IMG/VR virus record: IMGVR_UViG_3300032782_000001
Span: 248,001 to 312,000 of that record
Length of the DNA: 64,000 bases
Direction: 5' to 3' (one strand)
How positions within the stretch are numbered: position 1 is the first letter of the stretch; each line of letters begins with the position of its first letter. Below, piece by piece: positions 53,764 through 64,000 of this stretch. Under the pieces are notes generated by a model, which saw only the letters and a program-made list of their open reading frames with translations, searched no databases and was not told where the DNA came from. The position numbers and the translations under genes are program-made.

Positions 53764-55500
53764 TCACTGCTCATAGAAATCAAAGCCACCGGAAAAGGTG
53801 ACTGTGTTACTACTAAATGGGTTAACCCATAACTGAATACGAGCAGGGCCAACCACCTGAATTGGCGTACCATAATTCCGAGTAATCTCACTGCTCTGTC
53901 CGAACAAATAAAGAGCGTCAGACACCTGTTTGTCAGGAGAAGTCGTAGAGCTCAGATCCTGTGCCCGAAGAGTAAAAACCCCTCCTTGAGAAATGCCGGA
54001 TGAATTACTACCAATACTGATTCCAGTGATATAGCAAGTCTTACCGGAAGGAACATAATGGAGTCCCAGATACACCGTGTTGTCCGTTGCATTCATCGTC
54101 ATGATGGTCGCTCCGGTACCAGCAGTAGCTGCTTTCAAAGTAATCGATCCGACGTTTGAACCCGTACTGCCGACGGAGATTACTTCGATCTTCTCTACGT
54201 AGCAAATAGTAGTCGAGACCGTATTCACAGCCGTAGTGCCATTCATAGCCACTACTTCAGTATTCGGACCAACCCCGGCAGAAGTGTAGTATGTAATTTT
54301 AACTTGTCGGGCGCCAGTTCCGGCAGACGTGTCATTCGCACTCGATGAGACAATGGATCGTTGGGCGTTAGAAGTCTGCTCTGTTAAAGTAGTCCTACGA
54401 ACAACAACATTTCCGGTATTGGTAAGAACCACATCTCCTGTAACAAATCCGGCAGTAGTGGCCGAAGCACTAGCTGGTGCTATAACGACACGACCGGTCG
54501 TATCTGTAAGAAGTGCGCGAAGGGTGCTCCCGTCACTTCCACCAACCTGAGCAACAGACGGCGGAAGTGCTCCCGTTATACCAGACTGACCGGCGAAAAG
54601 AACAGAATTATCATAAATTAAACTAGAACGAAGGGAACAGGAAGCTGTCCCGGAAGTGAACGCAGATACTCGGACTCGGGCATGTGAAGCTCCGCCCGCC
54701 CCAACAATTGTTCTAGATGTAGCAGTGTTATTGGATGTAAAAACAATACTGGAAACCTTATTATCGGTAGTTGGATCATCAAAGAATGTAGTAACCCAAG
54801 TCGTTCCACCATCAAATGATACTTCAGGAACGATGGTCCCAATCAAAGTTCCGGCAGAAAGTTGGAATCCAATACTAGAATGACCCGAGAGAGGAACTTG
54901 AACGTTAGCATTTGCGGCATTCAAACTCCCATCATTCAAAGAATCAGGAGTTTGAATTGAAAGGACTCCACCCGTAGGGACTCCGGCGGTTCCGACGCCT
55001 TGAATGGAAAGAATGCCTCCAGTAGGTCCTGTCGGATTCCCAAATCCTTGTACGCTTACAGGTCCTGTAATACCAACAGCTCCAAGAGGAGCAACAGCTC
55101 CCGTAATTCCAACTGCATTGAGTCCAGTAACTCCAACATAACCGGTGACACCTACCGGACCTGTGATTCCAACAGCACCCTTTAAAGCAACTGGACCAGT
55201 AATGCCTACGGCATTCAGACCAGTAATCCCAACATAACCGGTGACACCAACTGGACCCGTAATTCCAACAGCGCCCTTTAAAGCGACTGGTCCAGTAATT
55301 CCTACGGCGTTAAGCCCGGTAACTCCAACATAACCGGTGACACCTACCGGACCTGTAATTCCGGCGACGACGGATACGGGATACGAACCAGTCTGACCTT
55401 GAACTGTCATCACCCCACCAGTGGGTGATGGGGCACCGGGGGTGCCCTGGCCCTGGTCCACGAAAATAGGAGCAGGAGCGGCAATGATTACGGCCGACAT
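53764..55500 (-). CDS. Virion decoration/fibre-associated protein, paralogue 3, with GITGPV repeats
   Basis: Same C-terminal domain plus three 32-aa repeats. Confidence 0.6.
   Translation of the reverse strand: MSAVIIAAPAPIFVDQGQGTPGAPSPTGGVMTVQGQTGSYPVSVVAGITGPVGVTGYVGVTGLNAVGITGPVALKGAVGITGPVGVTGYVGITGLNAVGITGPVALKGAVGITGPVGVTGYVGVTGLNAVGITGAVAPLGAVGITGPVSVQGFGNPTGPTGGILSIQGVGTAGVPTGGVLSIQTPDSLNDGSLNAANANVQVPLSGHSSIGFQLSAGTLIGTIVPEVSFDGGTTWVTTFFDDPTTDNKVSSIVFTSNNTATSRTIVGAGGASHARVRVSAFTSGTASCSLRSSLIYDNSVLFAGQSGITGALPPSVAQVGGSDGSTLRALLTDTTGRVVIAPASASATTAGFVTGDVVLTNTGNVVVRRTTLTEQTSNAQRSIVSSSANDTSAGTGARQVKITYYTSAGVGPNTEVVAMNGTTAVNTVSTTICYVEKIEVISVGSTGSNVGSITLKAATAGTGATIMTMNATDNTVYLGLHYVPSGKTCYITGISIGSNSSGISQGGVFTLRAQDLSSTTSPDKQVSDALYLFGQSSEITRNYGTPIQVVGPARIQLWVNPFSSNTVTFSGGFDFYEQ
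55075..55362 (-). repeat. Three tandem 96-bp (32-aa) repeats
   Basis: GITGPVGVTGYVG(V/I)TGLNAVGITG(P/A)VA(LK/PL)GAV x3. Confidence 0.85.
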
Positions 55501-55503
55501 AAA

Positions 55504-58500
55504 TTAGACGTCCCTCGTCATGGAGTATGACGTCAATCTGTTACCCGAATAGGTGTAGTTAATGGTAACCTGAGACACGATCGTCACCCCATCTGCGGCA
55601 TAAACCTTCCGAACCTCGGTCGTGAGCTTGTTGCCCATATATGTATAATTAATCTGCTTCAGCAAGCTATTATCAGAATGGCGCCTCCATTGTTCCTGAA
55701 TGATATTATTTCCAGAATAAGTATTGGAATAATCGTTGGAAGGTGCTACAGGATCTGCCGCAAGCAAAAGGTCGCTCGGACCGGTGGGACCAGTTGCGCC
55801 CTGGACTCCAGTTGCGCCTTGTGGACCGGTCGCACCCTGCGGTCCGGTTGGACCCGTGACACCTAGCGGTCCAGTTGGACCCGTGGCCCCTGTGACTCCG
55901 GGAGATCCTTGAATACCTTGAGGGCCAATGGGACCAGTTGCACCCGTGACACCCGGTGAGCCTTGTGGACCGATTGGACCCGTAGCTCCAGTGACTCCAG
56001 GAGAACCTTGCGGGCCTGTTGATCCTTGAGAACCAGTTGCACCAGTGACACCCGGTGATCCTTGAGGACCTATGGGACCGGTTGCCCCAGTAATACCTTG
56101 AATTCCAGTGGCGCCTTGTGGTCCAGTTGCTCCTGTAATTCCTGGAGATCCTTGCGGACCAACTGGACCAGTTGCACCAGTAACACCGGTGACACCCGGA
56201 GATCCCTGTGTCCCTTGAACACCAGTCGCACCTCGCGGGCCGGTGGGACCGGTTGCACCCGTGACTCCAGGAGATCCCTGCGTTCCCTGAGGACCAGTAA
56301 ATCCAGTGACACCCGGAGATCCATGCGTCCCTTGAATACCAGTCGCACCCTGGGGACCCGTCGCACCTGTGACTCCAGGAGACCCTTGAGGCCCGGTGGC
56401 TCCGGTTACGCCTGTAACTCCAGGAGAGCCTTGAGGACCAGTTGCTCCAGTGACGCCGGGAGACCCTTGAGGACCAATAGGACCTGTAAATCCAGTAACA
56501 CCAGGGGATCCTTGCGTTCCTTGAGGCCCAATCGCACCTTGAGGCCCAGTGGGACCAATGGGACCAGTAACTCCAGGGGATCCTTGGACACCTGTCGCAC
56601 CTTGAGGGCCAGTTGGACCCGTTGCTCCGGGGGATCCTTGCGGGCCTGTTGCACCAGTAACTCCAGGGGATCCTTGGATTCCTTGAGGACCCGTAGGACC
56701 CGTGGCTCCAGTAACCCCAGGAGATCCTTGTGGCCCAGTTGCACCTGTGACTCCGGTGATTCCAGGAGAGCCTTGGGGCCCAGTTGCACCGGTAACGCCC
56801 GGGGACCCTTGAATGCCTTGTGCGCCAGTAGCGCCGGTGACACCAGGAGATCCTTGGGGACCAGTTGCGCCTTGAGGCCCTGTCGCTCCGGTTACACCAG
56901 GAGAACCTTGAATTCCCTGAGGACCAGTTGCACCAGTAACGCCGTCAGCACCAGTTGATCCTTGCGGACCGGTCGCTCCAGTGATGCCTGGAGGCCCTTG
57001 TGGCCCCGTGGCTCCAGTGACTCCGGTGACACCAGGAGATCCTTGGGGACCAATTGCACCCGTGGCTCCAGTGACTCCGGGAGATCCTTGTGGTCCAGTG
57101 GATCCAGTGACTCCTGGTGAACCTTGCGTACCTTGAGAACCGGTTGCACCTTGTGGTCCTGTGGGTCCAGTTGCTCCGGTAACACCATCAACTCCAGTTG
57201 CACCCTGTGGTCCAGTTGCACCAGTAACCCCCGGCGATCCTTGCGTTCCTTGAGGACCGGTAGCACCAGTAACCCCCGGCGATCCTTGCGTTCCTTGAGG
57301 ACCGGTAGCACCCGTGTTCCCTGGAGAACCTTGCGGACCAGCTGGCCCTGTGGCGCCTGTAACACCAGGTGATCCTTGAATTCCTTGCGGACCAGTTGCA
57401 CCAGTAACTCCAGGACTTCCTTGCGGACCAGTGGCCCCCGTGACACCATCTGCGCCAGTGGCACCCTGAGGCCCTGTTGCACCTGTAACTCCGGGAGATC
57501 CTTGTGGGCCGGTGGAGCCTTGCGGCCCCGTTGGACCCGTGGCTCCAGTAATTCCGGGTGAACCTTGTGCGCCTTGCGGACCGGTCGGGCCAGTAAAACC
57601 GGTGAATCCAGGCGAGCCCTGGTCTCCTTGTGGACCTGTAGCTCCAGTGACGCCAGGGCTACCTTGAGGTCCAGTGGGCCCTGTTGCACCTGTAACCCCG
57701 GGGGATCCTTGAGGTCCAGTGGGACCGGTAAAACCTGTGATTCCAGGAGACCCTTGAACACCTTGAGGTCCGGTTGGCCCTGTGGCGCCAGTCGCACCTT
57801 GCGGGCCTGTGACGCCGGTGAACCCAGGTGATCCTTGAGGACCAGTTGCACCAGTGACTCCTGGAGATCCTTGCGGTCCAATTGGACCCGTCGCACCGGT
57901 GAATCCAGGCGAACCCTGATCACCTTGTGGGCCCGTTGGGCCTGTGGCCCCCGTGACTCCAGGCGATCCTTGATCGCCCTGGGGACCAGTTGGACCCGTC
58001 GCTCCTGGAGATCCTTGCCCACCTTGAGGACCAGTGGGCCCTGTGGTGCCGGTGATTCCAGGAGAACCCTGTGGACCTTGCGGACCAGTTGGCCCGGTCG
58101 CGCCAGTAACTCCTGGAGATCCTTGTTCCCCTTGAGGCCCCGTAGGACCGGTCGAGCCCGTGACTCCAGGAGAACCTTGGATTCCCTGCGGGCCGGTTGC
58201 ACCAGTAACACCATCGGCGCCAGTCGCTCCAGTAACCCCTGGGGATCCTTGAGTACCCTGAGGCCCGGTCGATCCCGTGACTCCGGTAACACCTGGAGAC
58301 CCTTGGACTCCTTGGGGACCCGTCGGCCCTGTAGCTCCAGTGACTCCATCAGCTCCGGTTGCACCTTGAGACCCGGTAGAACCTGTAACGCCCGGTGATC
58401 CTTGTGGACCGATCGGACCGGTTGCTCCAGTGACGCCAGGGCTACCTTGAGAACCAACTGGACCGGTTACTCCTGGAGACCCTTGTCCTCCTTGAGGACC

Positions 58501-61500
58501 TGTAGGACCTGTCGCTCCAGTAACACCATCCGCACCAGTGGGTCCTTGAGGACCTGTCGCGCCAGTAGCCCCCGTTACACCGTCCGCGCCAGTGGGTCCT
58601 TGAGGCCCCGTGAGACCCGTCGCGCCAGGAGAGCCTTGAATCCCCTGCGGGCCAGTCGCTCCAGTAATGCCGGGTGAACCTTGATCGCCTTGCGGTCCAG
58701 TTGGACCCGTAGACCCGGTTACACCAGGAGAGCCTTGGATGCCTTGGAAACCTGTGGCGCCTTGCGGACCTGTGGGACCAGTCGCGCCAGTAACTCCATC
58801 GATTCCAGTTGCACCTTGTGGACCAGTTGCTCCAGTAACACCTGGAGATCCTTGACTACCTTGCGGACCCGTTGGCCCGGTGGCACCTGTAATCCCCGGG
58901 GACCCTGGATTTCCTTGCGGACCCGTGGGACCAGTAACACCTGGTGATCCTTGAGACCCTGTAGACCCTTCAGGACCAGTTGCACCGGTAACTCCATCTG
59001 CTCCAGTCGCGCCCTGCGGGCCTGTGGGACCAGTGGCACCAGTAACACCTGGCGATCCTTGGATTCCTTGAGGACCCGTAGGACCCGTTGCTCCATCAGC
59101 ACCGGTAACGCCTTGAGGACCTGTCGCGCCGGTAATTCCGGGCGAGCCTTGTGGACCTGTAACACCGGGAGACCCCTGCGGGCCAGTTGCACCGGTGACT
59201 CCATCAGCCCCCGTTGAACCTTGCGGGCCCGTAGCGCCTGTTGCTCCAGGTGATCCTTGCGGGCCCGTGACTCCGGTGACTCCAGGAGATCCTTGTGGAC
59301 CGGTAGGCCCGGTTGAACCGGTAACTCCGTCCGCACCAGTTGCACCTTGGGGACCCGTGACTCCGGTGACTCCGGTAACACCTGGAGAACCTTGTACTCC
59401 TTGGGGCCCAGTAGGGCCAGTAGCACCGGTGACACCATCAGCTCCGGTTGGCCCTTGAGGTCCAGTGGCTCCGGTTACTCCGGGCGATCCTTGCTGTCCT
59501 TGAGGACCGGTCGGGCCTGTAGTACCGTCAACTCCCGTGGCACCTTGTGGACCAATTGGACCTGTAAATCCAGTAACACCAGGGGATCCTTGCGGGCCAG
59601 TTGCACCAGTAACCCCAGGTGAACCTTGGACTCCTTGAGGACCAGTGGCTCCAGTGAATCCTGGAGAACCCTGTTCGCCTTGCGGACCAGTTGATCCAGT
59701 GACGCCAGTAACTCCATCGGCGCCTGTAGCACCTTGGGGTCCAGTGGCCCCCGTGACCCCTGGAGATCCTTGCGGGCCAATTGGGCCTGTGGCCCCCGTG
59801 ACTCCAGGCGATCCTTGATCACCTTGTGGGCCTGTGGGCCCAGTAGCTCCTGTGACGCCAGGCGATCCTTGATCGCCTTGAGGACCTGTGGAGCCAGTAA
59901 ATCCTGGAGACCCTTGCGGGCCCGTAGCTCCGGTTGAACCAGGAGAACCTTGTGGCCCAGTTGCACCAGTTACTCCAGGAGATCCTTGAATTCCTTGAGG
60001 ACCCGTAGAACCGGTTGCACCGGTGACTCCATCGGCACCCGTTGCGCCTTGAGGACCAGTTGGGCCCGTCGCACCAGTGACTCCAGGTGATCCTTGATCG
60101 CCTTGAGGACCCGTTGGTCCGGTGACTCCAGTTACTCCGGGCGATCCTTGGTATCCTTGGGGACCCGTTGCACCTGTAACTCCATCAACCCCCGTTGCGC
60201 CTTGCGGACCAGTAGCCCCCGTGACTCCAGGAGACCCCTGTTCGCCTTGTGGGCCCGTTGGACCTGTCGCACCAGTGATACCTGGGGACCCTGAATCTCC
60301 TTGCGGACCAGTTGGACCCGTAAATCCAGTAACCCCAGGTGATCCCTGTGGTCCCGTTGCTCCAGTAACTCCAGGTGAACCTTGATCGCCTTGCGGGCCA
60401 GTCGGTCCCGTTGCTCCAGTTAGACCATCTGAACCGGTCGCGCCTTGTGGACCAGTTGCACCAGTGACTCCAGGATTTCCTTGCGGACCAGTTGTACCAG
60501 TGACACCATCAACGCCCGTCGCACCTTGAGGTCCCGTTGGACCCGTGGCACCGGTAACGCCGTCCGCTCCAGTCGCGCCTTGCGGACCCGTGGGTCCGGT
60601 AGTTCCAGTAACACCAGGCGAACCTTGATCACCTTGAGGCCCCGTGGCTCCCGTGGCTCCGGGAGAACCTTGAGGCCCGGTTGCACCGGTTACTCCTGGA
60701 CTACCTTGGACACCTTGAGGACCTGTGAATCCTGTGATGCCTGGCGATCCTTGATTACCTTGAAGACCTGTAGCGCCTTGTGGGCCAGTCGCTCCCGTGA
60801 CTCCGGGCGATCCTTGAGGCCCTGTTGCTCCTTGCGAACCAGTTGGACCAGTTGGACCTTGGGGTCCGGTCGCACCTGGAGAGCCTTGAGGACCAGTAGT
60901 CCCCGGAGATCCTTGAGGACCGGTCGCTCCAGTGACACCGTCCGAGCCAGTTGGGCCAGGAGAACCTTGCGGGCCAGTAGAACCTTGCGGGCCAGTTGCT
61001 CCAGTTACTCCGGGCGATCCTTGAGGTCCGATGGCACCTGTGACGCCGGTAGGTCCAGCAGGACCAGTCGGACCTTGAGGCCCCGGTAAACCTGTGAATC
61101 CACGAGGTCCCGGAGTTCCTTGTTCACCTTGCGGACCCGTGGGCCCAGTAGCCCCCGCAGGACCAGTCGGACCTGTGGATCCCGTGACTCCGGGGGATCC
61201 TTGGATGCCCTGAGGACCTGGAGAACCTTGAGGTCCGGTAGTTCCCACAGGACCAGTTGGACCCGTTGCACCAGTAACCCCAGGTGAACCTTGAACGCCC
61301 TGTGGCCCTGTTACTCCTTGCGGACCCGTGGCACCTTGCGGACCCGTAGGCCCAGCCGAACCTGTAACGCCTTGGGGTCCGGTAGAACCTTGCGGACCCG
61401 TGGCACCTTGCGGACCCGTGGCACCTTGCGGACCCGTCGGTCCCGTGGCACCTTGTGGGCCCACGGGCCCAGTCGAACCTTGAATTCCAGTAACACCTTG

Positions 61501-62778
61501 CGGACCAGTTGGTCCAGTTGGACCAGTCGCGCCTTGGGGTCCCGTGGCTCCTTGTGGACCAGTTGGACCAGTCGCGCCTTGAGACCCAGTGGATCCCTGA
61601 GGACCTGTCGCCCCTTGAGGCCCGGTTGTGCCTGTAGCGCCGCGAGGACCGGTAGGTCCTGTAGAGCCAGTTACACCTTGGAACCCTGTAGCTCCTTGCG
61701 GTCCAGTGACACCTTGCGGACCAGTTGGCCCAATTGATCCAGTAGGACCAGTTGGACCAGTCGCGCCCTGAAGGCCCGTAGCTCCTTGCGGACCCGTAGC
61801 TCCGGTAGTTCCTTGGGCTCCCGTGGGACCTTGGGCTCCCGTGGCACCCTGAGGACCTGTGAAGCCAGGAGAGCCTTGTGGACCCGTCGTCCCTGGGCTT
61901 CCTTGGGGTCCCGTAGCTCCAGTAACTCCTTGGGGACCGGTCGCTCCTTGGGGACCGGTCGCTCCGGTAACTCCTGGATTTCCTTGGGGTCCCTGAAGAC
62001 CAGTTGCACCTCGAGGACCTGGAGTCCCCTGAATGCCCTGATCGCCTTGGGGACCTGTTGTACCCGTTGCGCCGGTAACGCCAGGACTCCCTTGAACCCC
62101 TTGAATACCTTGAAGACCAGTCGCGCCCTGCGGACCCGTTGCGCCAGCAGGACCTGTGGGACCAGTCGCTCCAGTTGATCCTTGAAGACCAGTCGCGCCC
62201 TGCGGACCCGTTGCGCCCTGCGGTCCAGTCGCACCAGTTATTCCCGGTGAACCTTGCGGTCCAGTTGGACCCGTTGCGCCTTGCGGACCCGTTGCGCCTT
62301 GCGGACCCGTTGCGCCGGTAAAGCCAGGTGAACCTTGATCACCTTTCGGACCCGTGGGACCAGTTGCCCCCGTTGATCCTTGTGGACCTGTTGATCCTTG
62401 TGGACCCGTTGGACCTGTTGAACCCTGGATTCCAGTCGCGCCTTGCGGACCGGTCGGTCCCGTCGCCCCATCTGGACCGGTGTTACCCTGGGGACCTATT
62501 GGTCCCGTAGAACCCGGTACACCATCAGCTCCTGTTGTGCCTTGAGGCCCCGTAGGCCCTGTGGGACCAACAGGTCCGATCGAACCGGTAATGCCTTGAA
62601 GACCCGTTGCACCTTGCGGACCCGTAACTCCAGCAGGACCCGTTGCTCCGGTAACACCGTCTATTCCGGTCGGACCTTGGACACCAGTTACCCCCGGCGA
62701 CCCTTGCGGACCTTGGGGGCCCGTAGCTCCAGTCGCCCCAGGATGCCGCGGCGCTCCTCGGGGGTTGTCGATCGACAT
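55504..62778 (-). CDS. Giant collagen-like fibre protein (2424 aa)
   Basis: Residues ~14-2335 are Gly-X-Y ([15 protein letters not shown]). The 89-aa C-terminal domain has two INYTY.GN.L repeats. Confidence 0.92.
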   Translation of the reverse strand: MSIDNPRGAPRHPGATGATGPQGPQGSPGVTGVQGPTGIDGVTGATGPAGVTGPQGATGLQGITGSIGPVGPTGPTGPQGTTGADGVPGSTGPIGPQGNTGPDGATGPTGPQGATGIQGSTGPTGPQGSTGPQGSTGATGPTGPKGDQGSPGFTGATGPQGATGPQGATGPTGPQGSPGITGATGPQGATGPQGATGLQGSTGATGPTGPAGATGPQGATGLQGIQGVQGSPGVTGATGTTGPQGDQGIQGTPGPRGATGLQGPQGNPGVTGATGPQGATGPQGVTGATGPQGSPGTTGPQGSPGFTGPQGATGAQGPTGAQGTTGATGPQGATGLQGATGPTGPTGSIGPTGPQGVTGPQGATGFQGVTGSTGPTGPRGATGTTGPQGATGPQGSTGSQGATGPTGPQGATGPQGATGPTGPTGPQGVTGIQGSTGPVGPQGATGPTGPQGATGPQGATGPQGSTGPQGVTGSAGPTGPQGATGPQGVTGPQGVQGSPGVTGATGPTGPVGTTGPQGSPGPQGIQGSPGVTGSTGPTGPAGATGPTGPQGEQGTPGPRGFTGLPGPQGPTGPAGPTGVTGAIGPQGSPGVTGATGPQGSTGPQGSPGPTGSDGVTGATGPQGSPGTTGPQGSPGATGPQGPTGPTGSQGATGPQGSPGVTGATGPQGATGLQGNQGSPGITGFTGPQGVQGSPGVTGATGPQGSPGATGATGPQGDQGSPGVTGTTGPTGPQGATGADGVTGATGPTGPQGATGVDGVTGTTGPQGNPGVTGATGPQGATGSDGLTGATGPTGPQGDQGSPGVTGATGPQGSPGVTGFTGPTGPQGDSGSPGITGATGPTGPQGEQGSPGVTGATGPQGATGVDGVTGATGPQGYQGSPGVTGVTGPTGPQGDQGSPGVTGATGPTGPQGATGADGVTGATGSTGPQGIQGSPGVTGATGPQGSPGSTGATGPQGSPGFTGSTGPQGDQGSPGVTGATGPTGPQGDQGSPGVTGATGPIGPQGSPGVTGATGPQGATGADGVTGVTGSTGPQGEQGSPGFTGATGPQGVQGSPGVTGATGPQGSPGVTGFTGPIGPQGATGVDGTTGPTGPQGQQGSPGVTGATGPQGPTGADGVTGATGPTGPQGVQGSPGVTGVTGVTGPQGATGADGVTGSTGPTGPQGSPGVTGVTGPQGSPGATGATGPQGSTGADGVTGATGPQGSPGVTGPQGSPGITGATGPQGVTGADGATGPTGPQGIQGSPGVTGATGPTGPQGATGADGVTGATGPEGSTGSQGSPGVTGPTGPQGNPGSPGITGATGPTGPQGSQGSPGVTGATGPQGATGIDGVTGATGPTGPQGATGFQGIQGSPGVTGSTGPTGPQGDQGSPGITGATGPQGIQGSPGATGLTGPQGPTGADGVTGATGATGPQGPTGADGVTGATGPTGPQGGQGSPGVTGPVGSQGSPGVTGATGPIGPQGSPGVTGSTGSQGATGADGVTGATGPTGPQGVQGSPGVTGVTGSTGPQGTQGSPGVTGATGADGVTGATGPQGIQGSPGVTGSTGPTGPQGEQGSPGVTGATGPTGPQGPQGSPGITGTTGPTGPQGGQGSPGATGPTGPQGDQGSPGVTGATGPTGPQGDQGSPGFTGATGPIGPQGSPGVTGATGPQGSPGFTGVTGPQGATGATGPTGPQGVQGSPGITGFTGPTGPQGSPGVTGATGPTGPQGSPGVTGATGPQGDQGSPGFTGFTGPTGPQGAQGSPGITGATGPTGPQGSTGPQGSPGVTGATGPQGATGADGVTGATGPQGSPGVTGATGPQGIQGSPGVTGATGPAGPQGSPGNTGATGPQGTQGSPGVTGATGPQGTQGSPGVTGATGPQGATGVDGVTGATGPTGPQGATGSQGTQGSPGVTGSTGPQGSPGVTGATGAIGPQGSPGVTGVTGATGPQGPPGITGATGPQGSTGADGVTGATGPQGIQGSPGVTGATGPQGATGPQGSPGVTGATGAQGIQGSPGVTGATGPQGSPGITGVTGATGPQGSPGVTGATGPTGPQGIQGSPGVTGATGPQGSPGATGPTGPQGATGVQGSPGVTGPIGPTGPQGAIGPQGTQGSPGVTGFTGPIGPQGSPGVTGATGPQGSPGVTGVTGATGPQGSPGVTGATGPQGATGIQGTHGSPGVTGFTGPQGTQGSPGVTGATGPTGPRGATGVQGTQGSPGVTGVTGATGPVGPQGSPGITGATGPQGATGIQGITGATGPIGPQGSPGVTGATGSQGSTGPQGSPGVTGATGPIGPQGSPGVTGATGPIGPQGIQGSPGVTGATGPTGPLGVTGPTGPQGATGPQGATGVQGATGPTGPSDLLLAADPVAPSNDYSNTYSGNNIIQEQWRRHSDNSLLKQINYTYMGNKLTTEVRKVYAADGVTIVSQVTINYTYSGNRLTSYSMTRDV
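55774..62739 (-). repeat. Gly-X-Y coding repeat, including a perfect 45-bp tandem duplication at 57218-57312
   Basis: 9-bp periodicity with diverse codons; gcaccagtaacccccggcgatccttgcgttccttgaggaccggta occurs twice in tandem. Confidence 0.9.
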
Positions 62779-62782
62779 AGGT

Positions 62783-64000
62783 TCAGCTGGAGGCAGTCAA
62801 GGTGATACCGATAGTTCCCGGCGCTCCAGGGACTCCTTTCTCAGCCGCAATTAACCGAACGGTTGTAGTACCTCCGGGGATAGTCACGTAAAGAATGAAA
62901 TTGATCGGATTCCCGTCCAGAGGAGCAGGGCCATCCAAACTCTGAAGAAACATGTCTTGAGAAGAATTCGCCGAGTTGACGATAAGAATGTCATGGTCAA
63001 CTAGAGTTTCCTGGGTTTCTTCCACGCCGTTTCCCCAGAACAGTTTAAAAGTGGCGAACCCATTCGGAGCACCGCGAGTATATGTGATATAGAAAGTAAT
63101 GTGACGAACTCCCCGCGGAATTGCAAAAGGAGGTTGGCTCGTGGTATTCCCGGAAGGAGGAAGAGGCCCCGTTACAAGATGAATTACCCGTGGAATTTCA
63201 AATTGGCAACAAGTGGGATTACTCATCACGACAGGCACCACCGGGATAGTGACACCACAAGGTGCTGAAGGAGCTGAACAAGGCCTATCGCATGCACACG
63301 GGTCGCATGGTGTAGAGCAATCCATGAGTAGTCGAGGAGCAAGAATGACGGGACAATTGGAACAGGGGTCAAAAAAGAACCCGTCACAGAGAATAGGAAC
63401 AAGTGGAGTAAAGGGATTTATTGGATTGATGACAGAGAATCGCATGGACTTCGATTCTAACGGGGAATCTGCGAATGCCATCCATTCCCACGTAACGAGA
63501 TAGTCACCACTGCATACGCATACGTTCCATTGGACAAAATACTCACCCATAGCAGCACGCGTAGCTATGGTCCTTGGAGAAACAGATCTCCCGACCGCAT
63601 CGTAGATAGTCCAGAAAACTGCAAAAGCATCAGCAGGGAGGCCTTCAGGACTCTTCAAGAAAAGAGGCAAGTCCCCGCGACCAAGGAAAGTTCCAGAGAG
63701 GTAAGTAAAACCTCCCCTTTCCGGAATGTCGTTCGGGTTTAAAGGTTCACACGGACCATAACTAGATGGATCTACTACGAAGAATTGTTCAGTGAACTTC
63801 CTCGGTAATTGGCCCGATTCAGGAATTACAGACCACTCGATTCGATAATTCCCATTTTTGACATCGGAATACCAGGGAGCATAATACTCACCTGTCTTGG
63901 CTCGAATGGCAGGCAAATCTTTGCCACTCACTTTGGATCCATCAAAGCCAAACACCGTCCAACGGACGTCAAAGGCATCCTGAGCTTGACCGAGATCGTT
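62783..64000 (-). CDS. Structural protein with repeated Ig-like domains and Cys-rich linker (5' end beyond window)
   Basis: The frame of track ORF 62783..63955 stays open to base 64000 ([18 protein letters not shown]). Two GEY...G.Y...W domains resemble the N-terminus of the 37760 gene. Confidence 0.65.
   Translation of the reverse strand, partial: NDLGQAQDAFDVRWTVFGFDGSKVSGKDLPAIRAKTGEYYAPWYSDVKNGNYRIEWSVIPESGQLPRKFTEQFFVVDPSSYGPCEPLNPNDIPERGGFTYLSGTFLGRGDLPLFLKSPEGLPADAFAVFWTIYDAVGRSVSPRTIATRAAMGEYFVQWNVCVCSGDYLVTWEWMAFADSPLESKSMRFSVINPINPFTPLVPILCDGFFFDPCSNCPVILAPRLLMDCSTPCDPCACDRPCSAPSAPCGVTIPVVPVVMSNPTCCQFEIPRVIHLVTGPLPPSGNTTSQPPFAIPRGVRHITFYITYTRGAPNGFATFKLFWGNGVEETQETLVDHDILIVNSANSSQDMFLQSLDGPAPLDGNPINFILYVTIPGGTTTVRLIAAEKGVPGAPGTIGITLTASS

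Noticed and set aside
55774-62739. CRISPR-like or satellite repeat array
   Set aside because: Repeats are codon-periodic with synonymous variation and lie inside one ORF; there is no constant repeat with unique spacers and no cas genes.
55678-62805. Dozens of overlapping 60-520-aa ORFs on both strands in the collagen gene
   Set aside because: Shadow frames of the GGN-NNN-NNN periodicity, which lacks stops in alternative frames; no RBS and no protein-like composition.
1-64000. tRNA, rRNA or stop-codon recoding
   Set aside because: No T-loop/cloverleaf signature noticed by eye (tRNAscan not run). Genes end at TAA, TAG and TGA with tight packing under the standard code.

Overview
The window is a 64-kb segment of a large contractile-tailed (myovirus-like) phage genome. 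Structural genes run mostly on the minus strand. No capsid, portal or terminase gene is visible here. From right to left it contains: (1) a fibre/decoration block with a 2424-aa collagen-like protein (about 770 Gly-X-Y triplets) and three paralogous beta-rich proteins; (2) an adjacent ~11.6-kb glycosylation locus (GT2/GT4 glycosyltransferases, a GT2-TPR-methyltransferase-GT4 fusion, UDP-glucuronate decarboxylase, a CDP-sugar-epimerase-like enzyme, a methyltransferase, a B12 radical SAM enzyme and a GH-like TIM barrel); (3) neck/tail-completion-like genes with an actin-fold ATPase, followed by a 1557-aa tail sheath; (4) a ~16-kb accessory island separating sheath from tail tube (AAA ATPase, HNH proteins, nucleoside hydrolase, Pth2, HAD phosphatase, protein kinase, a second collagen and many small ORFs); (5) tube, chaperone-like genes, tape measure and baseplate-hub genes, the last carrying a GH73-like domain. 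The most striking unexplained pattern is a family of 14 small proteins with unrelated N-termini that all end in a [VI]-x-[EQDS]-[VI]-M-[EG]-S-type C-terminal tag, often after a Zn-binding module. Four of them appear to carry short pieces resembling a major capsid protein. All family assignments come from motif reading and recall; no database search was run.
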